Assembly: GCA_019136335.1 (NCBI GenBank)
Contig: JAGVUK010000212.1
Coordinates: 1 to 33,202, forward strand
Direction of reading: 5' to 3'
Origin: Methanomicrobiales archaeon
Lineage (GTDB): Archaea; Halobacteriota; Methanomicrobia; Methanomicrobiales; Methanoculleaceae
Length of the DNA: 33,202 nt
The notes beneath the pieces are model-generated. The model saw nothing but the letters and a program-made list of their open reading frames with translations. It was not told the DNA's origin and did no database searches. Position numbers and translations under genes: made by a program. Within the stretch, counting starts at the first letter, position 1, and each line of letters opens with the position of its first letter. Below, piece by piece: positions 26,249 through 33,202 of this stretch.

Positions 26249-27058
26249 TTACTTCTCCACCTGCTCAAGATCATCGGAGAGGTTTCCCGAGAGGTCGACC
26301 GTCCAGAAGTCGCCGCCGGGAGGAAGAACCATGGTTAAGTTTGCCGTGGCGTCGAGCTGCACGCTGCCTTTCGCTACGGTCATGTCGAGCAGGTGCCCGC
26401 CGCCGGTGCGGTCGCCCGTGATGAAGTGGAGGTGGTACCCGGGAACGTTGACCCCTTTCGCCAGTGCGGGCGTCCAGAACCCGACGGCGGTCCCGGTGAC
26501 GTTCTCGAACACAAAGACCGTCTGGTTTGCCGTCACGTCGGCGAGCCGCGGGTAGGGTTTCTCCTGGATGGGCACGCTCCGGGTCACCACCTGCGGGAAG
26601 GTGCCGTCCAGCCTGATCGCGTAGAAGAGGTTCCTTGAGGGGAACACAGTCTCCAGGTAACCCGAAAGAGCGGTCAGGTTCATTGGTTCATCGATCGTGA
26701 CCGTCATGTCCGGGTCAAAGAACGTCGCGGCCGCAAACGGCGTCGCCGCGCTCCCGGCGGTTGGGTAAGCCCGCCCGTCGGTCCGAACCAGGTACCACTC
26801 GCCGTCGACGCCGACCAGCTCCCCGTCGAGCCGGTCGCCGCACCCGATGCCGAGGTCGCCGTGCCCCGCAAGTTCATCAAACGATACGCTGCCGTCGTAG
26901 ACGCCCTGCAGGAGCGCGTCGATCGTCGAGACCAGAAAGAGCGCCTCCCGATCGGCGTCGCTGCCGGGGAGGGGAGCGGCCGCAAGGGCGACAGCGGCCC
27001 CGATGAGGAGCGCGGCGGCGGCAACGACGGCGTAACGGAGCAGCGCATCTCCGGCCAT
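26249..27058 (-). CDS. budA: Alpha-acetolactate decarboxylase family protein with N-terminal signal/anchor
   Basis: LLQGVYDG, LDGEL, TPFA, NLFYAIR, TRSVP, GYHLHF, GGHLLD, C-terminal Glu; alternative GTG start at 27076 overlaps the upstream stop. Confidence 0.85.
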   Translation of the reverse strand: MAGDALLRYAVVAAAALLIGAAVALAAAPLPGSDADREALFLVSTIDALLQGVYDGSVSFDELAGHGDLGIGCGDRLDGELVGVDGEWYLVRTDGRAYPTAGSAATPFAAATFFDPDMTVTIDEPMNLTALSGYLETVFPSRNLFYAIRLDGTFPQVVTRSVPIQEKPYPRLADVTANQTVFVFENVTGTAVGFWTPALAKGVNVPGYHLHFITGDRTGGGHLLDMTVAKGSVQLDATANLTMVLPPGGDFWTVDLSGNLSDDLEQVEK

Positions 27059-27072
27059 GGACCACCAGCCGC

Positions 27073-27507
27073 TCACAGTTCCCCGATATCCTCGTGCCAG
27101 AGATCGGGGTGCGCCTCGATGAACGCGTGCATCATCGTCCTGCAGACGTCGAGGTCCAGGTCGATCACCTCGACCCCGTGGGACTCAAGGAACTCCCGGG
27201 CTCCCGGGAAGTTTGCCGACTCCCCGGCCACGACCTTCCTGATCCCGAACTGGACGACCGCTCCCGCACAGAGGTAGCAGGGCATCAGCGTGGAGTAGAG
27301 CGTGCACTCTGCGTAACTACCAATCCGGCCTGCGTTCCTCAGGCAGTCGATCTCGGCGTGAAGCAAGGGGTCGTTGTCCTGGACACGGCGGTTGTGCCCC
27401 CGGCCGATGATGCAGCCGGCCCGGACCAGAACCGATCCGATGGGTATCCCACCCTCCCGCAGGCCCGTCTCCGCCTCCTCGATGGCGCACTTCATGAATA
27501 AGTCCAT
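27073..27507 (-). CDS. Cytosine/nucleoside deaminase (fungal Fcy1-like, CDA fold)
   Basis: EGGIPIGS, GHNRRVQ, HAE, PCYLC, C-terminal WHEDIGE; TTTATATA on the minus strand at 27539-27532. Confidence 0.9.
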   Translation of the reverse strand: MDLFMKCAIEEAETGLREGGIPIGSVLVRAGCIIGRGHNRRVQDNDPLLHAEIDCLRNAGRIGSYAECTLYSTLMPCYLCAGAVVQFGIRKVVAGESANFPGAREFLESHGVEVIDLDLDVCRTMMHAFIEAHPDLWHEDIGEL

Positions 27508-27761
27508 TGGATAAATTTCCGGAAGACCGAATATATAAACCAATCGCAACACTGAGGCGGATAACAGAAGTCATTACCGGATTCGAGGCACATCAATGAC
27601 GGGTTATCCTCTCCCGCCGTCCGCTATGCGGGTATGCCATGGGGGCTCCCGGGATGCCGGACAATGCGGCCCGGGTTACGCAGGTCAGTCGACCATGGGG
27701 AAGCAGCGTGACCGGAGATCTGCGAAGAAGAGTCCCTCCCGACAGCGCTGGAAACGACCCG

Positions 27762-28304
27762 TCAGATGCTCGGGATCTCCCGCTCGGTCCCGATCTCGTC
27801 GAGCGCCTCCCGGGCGGCAAGCCTGACGCCGCGGTCGGGATCGCCGAGGAGACGCACCAGGGGTTCCCTGGCCCGCGGGTTCCCTATCCGGCCAAGCGCC
27901 CATGCCGCCGTCCGGCGGACCCGGTGTTTTGCGTCGGCAAGCAACTGGATCAGCGGTTCGACGCCCCGGGGGTCGCCGATCTTCCCGAGCGCCCACGCCG
28001 CCCCCTCCCGGACCCAGGGGCTGTCGTCCTCCAGGCTCCGTATCAGAGGGAGTACGGGTTCGCGTTCATCGATGATCCCGAGCGCCCTCGCCGCCTTCCA
28101 CCGGACATCGACGTACTCGTCTGAGAGCGCCCGGATCAGCGGCTGCAACGCACGGCGGTCGCCCATCTCCCCGAGCGCATCTGCAGCACGCCAGCGCTGA
28201 TTGAGATCCCCGGACTCCAGCATCGCGAGGTACCTGTGGAGTCTCTGCTCGCTGTCGAGGTCTACGGCCTTTCCTCCCGGTCTCGACGAATCCTTTCCTG
28301 CCAT
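27762..28304 (-). CDS. HEAT (PBS-lyase-like) repeat protein
   Basis: Five ~31-aa repeats (VRxxAAxALGxIGDxRxxxPLIxxLxD). Confidence 0.9.
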   Translation of the reverse strand: MAGKDSSRPGGKAVDLDSEQRLHRYLAMLESGDLNQRWRAADALGEMGDRRALQPLIRALSDEYVDVRWKAARALGIIDEREPVLPLIRSLEDDSPWVREGAAWALGKIGDPRGVEPLIQLLADAKHRVRRTAAWALGRIGNPRAREPLVRLLGDPDRGVRLAAREALDEIGTEREIPSI

Positions 28305-28408
28305 AGGCCACCTCACGCCCACCTTAGAGCGCCGGAGTATAAGGTTTTACCCCCGCGGGGCTGCCCCCGGGGGGTGCTTTTTTCTACTATCGCTCCCTTC
28401 ACCATAGT

Positions 28409-28834
28409 ATGAAGAGTCCGACCGGTACACCGGAGGGTACGACGTTCCCGCCGGACCTGGAACGCCTCGGCATCATCCCCGGAGCGAAGATCGATATCAG
28501 GGATCTTGATACGATGGGAAAGCGCCACAACTTCCACATCTACCTCTACTTTGAGGAAGACCTGGCCAGGGATTCCACACTCAAGGAAGACCTGCAGGAG
28601 TACGGCGACGTCCCCGACCTGGAGCGCCCGTTCATCAGGCTGGATGCATTCCTGCGGTTCGCCACCGAGTCGGACCCCCTCTTCACCCGGCGCCTGGATG
28701 AGCTCCCGCTGGTCGTGGAAATCGTCGCCTACGGGGAGATCGGGATACGGGAGGGGAAACCCGCGCCGTACGTCAAAGGGGTCATGCCGTTCCTCGATGA
28801 GCTCGCGATGGAGGATATGCCGGACGCATCCTGA
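28409..28834 (+). CDS. Hypothetical acidic protein
   Basis: 141-aa ORF with ATG and typical codon usage; no motif recognised. Confidence 0.7.
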   Translation: MKSPTGTPEGTTFPPDLERLGIIPGAKIDIRDLDTMGKRHNFHIYLYFEEDLARDSTLKEDLQEYGDVPDLERPFIRLDAFLRFATESDPLFTRRLDELPLVVEIVAYGEIGIREGKPAPYVKGVMPFLDELAMEDMPDAS

Positions 28835-29110
28835 TCCTCCTGCTCTTCTCACCCCCGCGCAATTGTCCGTCCGGGGATTCCGGGCGATCCCATGAGTCTG
28901 AACGGTATACCGCCAGGCAAATGCCGGCCGGGGCGGGGAGAGATTTGCCTCACACCACAGAGATTTTTGGAAACCTATTTTACCCCGGGCGTTCTATCCC
29001 CCTATCGCAGACGTTCCGGGAACAACGGGTAGTGCTCGCCCCAGCAGGCGCGATGCCGGGCAACCCGGATCCCGGGAGCGGATCCTGACGCCTACGAGGA
29101 TGTTGCCACA

Positions 29111-30043
29111 GTGACGGACAGTGACTGCTGCAGGGATGGAACAACGGCGCCCCTCTCCAGGCTACCATGGGGCACACATGCCTGCCTCATCTATCAGCAC
29201 CGGCACGACCTTATCGACACCCTGGTGCCTTATTTCCAGTCCGGGCTGGAACAGAACGCCCGTTGCATATGGATCACTGCGGAGCCCCTGCAGGCCGGTT
29301 CAGCCCGGCGGGTGCTCGCAAGAAGTGTCAAAGACCTGGACCGACGCCTGGAACGGAGGCAGGTCGAGATCCTGGATGCGCGCGACTGGTACTTCCGCGA
29401 AGGCACCTTCTCGGGCATTGCCGCAGCGGAGAATTGCATCAAAAACGGACTCGAGGCGCAGGAGGGAGGGTACGAAGGCCTGTTCATCACCGGCAACCTC
29501 TCCTGGCTGACGGCAGCGGAATGGGACGCTTTTATGGGGTATGAGGCGACGATCAACCGGTCCCTCAAGGACAACCGGATCAACGCCGTCTGTGCCTACC
29601 CGCTCGGTGCCTGTGGGGCATGCGAATTGCTGGAGATCGCCTCCACCCATCAGACCGCCGTCATCCGGCAGAACGGGGCATGGCGGCAGATCGACACAGG
29701 AGAGACACCGGCATCACTTGAGGAGCAGAAAAAAAAGGCTCTTGACCAGATCGAAGCGAACATCGAGCAGTTCGCGACCCTTGCCGACCGGATCCGCCAC
29801 CCCCTCCAGGTGCTCATGGCGATGGCCGATCTGGCCGAGAACGAACAGTCGGACGCGATCCGGCAACAGGCCCGAAATATCGATGCGGTCGTCAGACAGC
29901 TTGACGCCGGTTGGGCGGGATCGAGGGCGATCCGGGAGTATCTCATGAACCACGACCTTGCCGGGGCGCTTCCGGCACCAGTCACGGAACCCGGACCGTG
30001 CCCGCGCCCGGGAGAATATCCAGGCTCACGTCGAAGTTCCTGA
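29111..30043 (+). CDS. MEDS domain protein with C-terminal His-less HisKA-like helical hairpin
   Basis: WGTHACLIY, PYFQSGLE..RCIWIT, ITGNLSW, YEATIN, VCAYP, IASTH; tail QIEANIEQFATLADRIRHPLQV. Confidence 0.85.
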   Translation: MTDSDCCRDGTTAPLSRLPWGTHACLIYQHRHDLIDTLVPYFQSGLEQNARCIWITAEPLQAGSARRVLARSVKDLDRRLERRQVEILDARDWYFREGTFSGIAAAENCIKNGLEAQEGGYEGLFITGNLSWLTAAEWDAFMGYEATINRSLKDNRINAVCAYPLGACGACELLEIASTHQTAVIRQNGAWRQIDTGETPASLEEQKKKALDQIEANIEQFATLADRIRHPLQVLMAMADLAENEQSDAIRQQARNIDAVVRQLDAGWAGSRAIREYLMNHDLAGALPAPVTEPGPCPRPGEYPGSRRSS

Positions 30044-30842
30044 CCGTGTGGGTGAGCGCACCCATGCTGATGATGTCTACCCCGGCGGCGGCGTACCCGG
30101 CGAGGTCGTCATCCCCAATCCCCCCGGATACCTCGAGGGTCAGGCGGTCCCGGAGACCCCGCCCGGCAAGCGCCCGGACGGTTTCCCGGACCGCGTCCGG
30201 GGTCATGTTGTCGAGCAGGATGATATCGGCGCCGGCGCCGGCGGCCGTGATCGCGTCCTCTACTGTCTCGACCTCCACCTCGACCGCCCGGTAGAGGCTC
30301 TCCTTCTTCGCTCTCCGGATCGCCTCCGGGAGGGGCACCAGCGCAAGGTGGTTATCCTTGATCAGGACCATGTCCGAGAGGGAGTAGCGGTGCGGGTCGC
30401 CCCCACCGAGGATTACCGCCTTCTTGTCGAGCATCCGGAGCCCCGGGGCCGTCTTCCGGGTCGCGGCGACCCGGACGTCTGGCGAGACCGCCCTGACGGC
30501 CTCGACCGCCTCCCGGGTCCGGGTCGCAATCCCGCTCATTCGCCCGATGATGTTGAGCGCTGTCCGCTCTACGAGGAGGATCGTCCGCGCGGGGCCGTCG
30601 AGTTCGAGGAGGACCGTCCCCGGGACGACCGCCCGGCCGTCGGCGGAACGCTCGCGGACCGTGACCCCGAAGTGCTCGAAGAGTGTTCGCGCTTCCAGAA
30701 GTCCCGCGACGACCCCCCGGCCTTTCGCCCGGACCACCGCCCGGCAGGCGACGTCGGGGACGACCGCTTCGGAGGTGACGTCACCCCACGGCGCATCTTC
30801 CCGGACGAACCCGAGCAGGTCCTCGATCGGGATCATCCGCAC
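29982..30842 (-). CDS. nadC: Nicotinate-nucleotide pyrophosphorylase (quinolinate PRTase)
   Basis: EDAPWGDVT, ERTALN, TRKTAPG, HRYSLSDMVLIKDNH, EVEV, LLDN, SGGI; GTG 30842 or ATG 30836. Confidence 0.96.
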   Translation of the reverse strand: MRMIPIEDLLGFVREDAPWGDVTSEAVVPDVACRAVVRAKGRGVVAGLLEARTLFEHFGVTVRERSADGRAVVPGTVLLELDGPARTILLVERTALNIIGRMSGIATRTREAVEAVRAVSPDVRVAATRKTAPGLRMLDKKAVILGGGDPHRYSLSDMVLIKDNHLALVPLPEAIRRAKKESLYRAVEVEVETVEDAITAAGAGADIILLDNMTPDAVRETVRALAGRGLRDRLTLEVSGGIGDDDLAGYAAAGVDIISMGALTHTVRNFDVSLDILPGAGTVRVP

Positions 30843-31736
30843 TCACGCCCCGACGGCGATCATCCGCTCGATCGCCCGCCGCGCCCGGTCCATGACCTCC
30901 CGGGGGAGGACGACCTCGTGCTCCTCGCGCTCGAGCGCCTGCCGCAGATCGGCAGGGGATATCTTCTTCATATCCGCGCAGACCGCCTCCGGCTTCTCGT
31001 AAAAGACCCTTCCCGGGTAGAGCACCCGGAGACGGGAGACCATCTCCCGCTCGGTGAAGACCGACCAGGGCTCGTCCCCGCCGGCCGCGCCCCGGACCAT
31101 GCCCCCCGTGGACGCGATCATGTCCGCCTGCTCCTGGACCTCCGGCAGGCATTCGGGGTGGCAGACGATCATACCGCCCTTCTTTTTGGCCGCTTCGACG
31201 TCGGCAAGGGTAAACCCGGTGTGGACGTAGCAGTGGCCGCCGGGCGGCACCGGGACGATCGTCTTCTCCGGGAGCTCACGCTGGACGTATGCCGCGAGGT
31301 TCGCATCCGGCCCAAAGAGGATCGTATCGTTTGGGAGCGACCTGACGACCTGAACTGCGTTTGCGGAGGTGCAGGTTATGTCGGCGAGCGCCTTGCTCTC
31401 CGCCGTGCTGTTGACGTAGACGACCACGGCGGCATCGGGATACCGCTCTTTTGCCTCCCGGATCAGGTCCGGGGTCAGGAAGTCGGCGAGGGGACACCCC
31501 GCATCCTCCACCGGGATGACGACCTTCCGGTTCGGATTTAAGATCTTCGCCGTCTCGGCCATGAACCGGACACCGCAGACGACGATCAGGTCCGCCCCGG
31601 TCTCCTTCGCCTTCACCGCGAGCTCGAGGCTGTCGCCCACCACGTCGGCGAACGCCTGGATCTCCAGGGGCTGGTAGTTATGCGCCATGACGACTGCGTT
31701 CTTCCGGACTTTAAGCGCACGAATCTCCGCTTCCAT
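30843..31736 (-). CDS. nadA: Quinolinate synthase A
   Basis: AHNYQ, GDSLEL, CGVRFMAETAKILNP, AGCPLA, YVNS, CTSANA, CYVH, HPEC, CADMK. Confidence 0.96.
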   Translation of the reverse strand: MEAEIRALKVRKNAVVMAHNYQPLEIQAFADVVGDSLELAVKAKETGADLIVVCGVRFMAETAKILNPNRKVVIPVEDAGCPLADFLTPDLIREAKERYPDAAVVVYVNSTAESKALADITCTSANAVQVVRSLPNDTILFGPDANLAAYVQRELPEKTIVPVPPGGHCYVHTGFTLADVEAAKKKGGMIVCHPECLPEVQEQADMIASTGGMVRGAAGGDEPWSVFTEREMVSRLRVLYPGRVFYEKPEAVCADMKKISPADLRQALEREEHEVVLPREVMDRARRAIERMIAVGA

Positions 31737-31738
31737 TG

Positions 31739-32497
31739 CTACGTACCCACCACCAGAGGGTTATCGAGGTTCTTTAAGAGCGTCAGGATGGAGAGGGCCG
31801 CCATATAACTTGTGGCGGGGTTATCGGGGCTTGGGACGTTCCTGACCCGGACGTAGATGTCCCCGAAGTCGCCCTCGACGAATATTTCGTGGATATTCCT
31901 CTCCGCTGCGGGGTCGGCCCAGAGCTCCACGTCGGCATCCCGGCCGGCAGCGAGTCCCAATGCTACCGCGACGTTGATGTTCTTCGGGTATTGCTTTATA
32001 CAATCGTGCGCCAGCCCCTTAAATACCTCTGTCCGGGCCGCAACAGAGAGCCCAAGCGACGCGGGGGGTTTTGTCGTCCGGAGGAGGAGTTTTTTCGGCG
32101 GCGAAACCTGGCCGATCTTGAGGTTGTCGAGCCCGATGATGGCGCCGCTCGGGACCCGGATCTTCTTTCCCGCCGCCCGTGCAGCCTCGATGAGGCGTTC
32201 ACGGAACTCCTCGTCCGCGAGCGCTCCCCCGGAGAGGACGACGATATCCCGTCCCGACCGGAGGACCGCCTCCCCGTAGAGTTTGACGGCGTCGACCGAG
32301 GCGGCCTCCACGACGATCGAGAAGTCCTCCCGCATGAAGGCGTCAAAGTCCGTGTATGGCCGGGCGTGGCAGAGCGCCGCCAGTTCCTCCGCCCGCCCGG
32401 GGATGATATCAAAGACCGCAACAACCTGGATGCTCTCGGCGTGCGTGGCGATGATGCGCCCGACGTTGCCGCATCCCAGCAACCCTATTTTAATCAT
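31739..32497 (-). CDS. nadX: L-aspartate dehydrogenase
   Basis: GCGNVG, VEAAS, SGAIIGLD, TTKPP, YPKNINVA, NIHEI, PSPDNPATS; first gene of the nad operon. Confidence 0.94.
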   Translation of the reverse strand: MIKIGLLGCGNVGRIIATHAESIQVVAVFDIIPGRAEELAALCHARPYTDFDAFMREDFSIVVEAASVDAVKLYGEAVLRSGRDIVVLSGGALADEEFRERLIEAARAAGKKIRVPSGAIIGLDNLKIGQVSPPKKLLLRTTKPPASLGLSVAARTEVFKGLAHDCIKQYPKNINVAVALGLAAGRDADVELWADPAAERNIHEIFVEGDFGDIYVRVRNVPSPDNPATSYMAALSILTLLKNLDNPLVVGT

Positions 32498-32558
32498 CGA
32501 GTAAAGAAATTGTAATATTAGCGGTTAAGTATTGTGCTCCGCACGGATCGGCCGGGAG

Positions 32559-32660
32559 ATGGCAGAATATTCTCCGGCCGACAGGGGAGAGCACACCGCC
32601 GGGCGATCGGGCCGGCGGCCCGACCGCGCAGGGAGAGTCGTTCACCATCACCATCGATGA
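32559..32660 (+). other. Possible 33-codon upstream ORF (MAEYSPADRGEHTAGRSGRRPDRAGRVVHHHHR)
   Basis: ATG 32559 lies ~28 nt after TTAAGTA (32525-32531); TGA 32658-32660 overlaps the start region of the methylthiotransferase frame. Confidence 0.25.
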
Positions 32661-33202
32661 TCTGAGAGGGAAGAAAGTCTACATCGAGAGTTACGGGTGC
32701 ACCTACAACAACGCCGACGCCCGGAGGCTCGCGGCGATACTGGAGGGGCTCGGGTGCACGCTGACCGGGCCGGACGAGGCGGACGCGGTGATCGTCAACA
32801 CCTGCACGGTGATCGGGGCGACCGAACGAAAGATGCTCCGGCGCCTCGCTCTGTTCGCCGGCCGGGACCTCTACGTGACCGGGTGCATGCCGCTCGTGCA
32901 GATGGAGTTGATCCGGTCGGTCTGCACGCCGCGCGTCATTCTCCCGGCCGAGATCCAGGAACGCTCCGACGGCGTCGGCAGCCGTGGTGCCGGTGCGATC
33001 GGGGTGGTGCAGGTGGCGAGCGGGTGCGTCGGCCGGTGCAGTTACTGCATCACCCGGCTCGCACGGGGGCGGCTCGTGAGCGCTCCGCCCGAAGCTATCC
33101 TCGACGCCGTCCGGCGCCTTGTGGCGTCGGGAGCCTATGAGATCCAGCTGACCGGGCAGGACGTGGCCGCCTGGGGGCTCGACCGGGGCGAGTCGCTCCC
33201 CG
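32653..33202 (+). CDS. Radical SAM tRNA methylthiotransferase, archaeal MtaB/CDKAL1 type (partial, runs off the window; start codon uncertain)
   Basis: Hand translation, not in the ORF track: DDLRGKKVYIESYGCTYNNAD...VIVNTCTV...VTGCM...SGCVGRCSYCITRLARG...EIQLTGQD (three UPF0004 Cys plus CxxxCxxC). Confidence 0.9.
   Translation, partial: MDDLRGKKVYIESYGCTYNNADARRLAAILEGLGCTLTGPDEADAVIVNTCTVIGATERKMLRRLALFAGRDLYVTGCMPLVQMELIRSVCTPRVILPAEIQERSDGVGSRGAGAIGVVQVASGCVGRCSYCITRLARGRLVSAPPEAILDAVRRLVASGAYEIQLTGQDVAAWGLDRGESLP

Noticed and set aside
28349-28383. GC hairpin plus T-tract between the divergent HEAT and hypothetical genes, as a terminator or attenuator
   Set aside because: No upstream plus-strand gene to terminate; GC stems of this size are common here and the T-tract may be part of a promoter.
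32697-33140. 147-aa ORF listed in the track
   Set aside because: Off-frame shadow of the methylthiotransferase, which is read in a different plus-strand frame.
1-33202. Numerous overlapping ORFs in the six-frame track (e.g. 2835-3698, 6197-7264, 8105-9247, 19153-20268, 24045-25436, 29958-31541)
   Set aside because: Antisense or off-frame shadows of well-supported genes, expected at high GC; no recognisable motifs.

Overview
GC-rich archaeal chromosomal window from a hydrogenotrophic methanogen. Gene content and style point to Methanomicrobiales, probably Methanoculleus-like (inference). It is mostly core genes: serS, pyrD-pyrK, mdh-polB, iorA-iorB, tRNA-Ile(GAU), an HMf-type histone, methanogenesis markers 2 and 4 (mtxX), rfcL, archaemetzincin, a USP-ArsB/NhaD-USP operon, a cytosine deaminase plus acetolactate decarboxylase pair, nadX-nadA-nadC and the 5' part of a tRNA methylthiotransferase. 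I found no CRISPR array, integrase, transposase or recognisable defence system. The less ordinary signals are: (1) a dispersed, hairpin-rich ~250-300 bp intergenic repeat family with three near-full copies and several fragments; (2) a 223-bp MITE-like element with CAGTAC ends; (3) an Rsm22/METTL17-like methyltransferase that keeps a four-Cys putative Fe-S motif; (4) a divergent pair of unknown genes resembling a degenerate PD-(D/E)XK nuclease and a Ser-less S24/S26 peptidase; (5) a wHTH-PAS-GAF-GAF-PAS sensor with a low-GC internal segment; (6) a methylthiotransferase frame with no ATG/GTG/TTG start, preceded by a 33-codon uORF. All family assignments are by-eye motif recognition; no searches were run.
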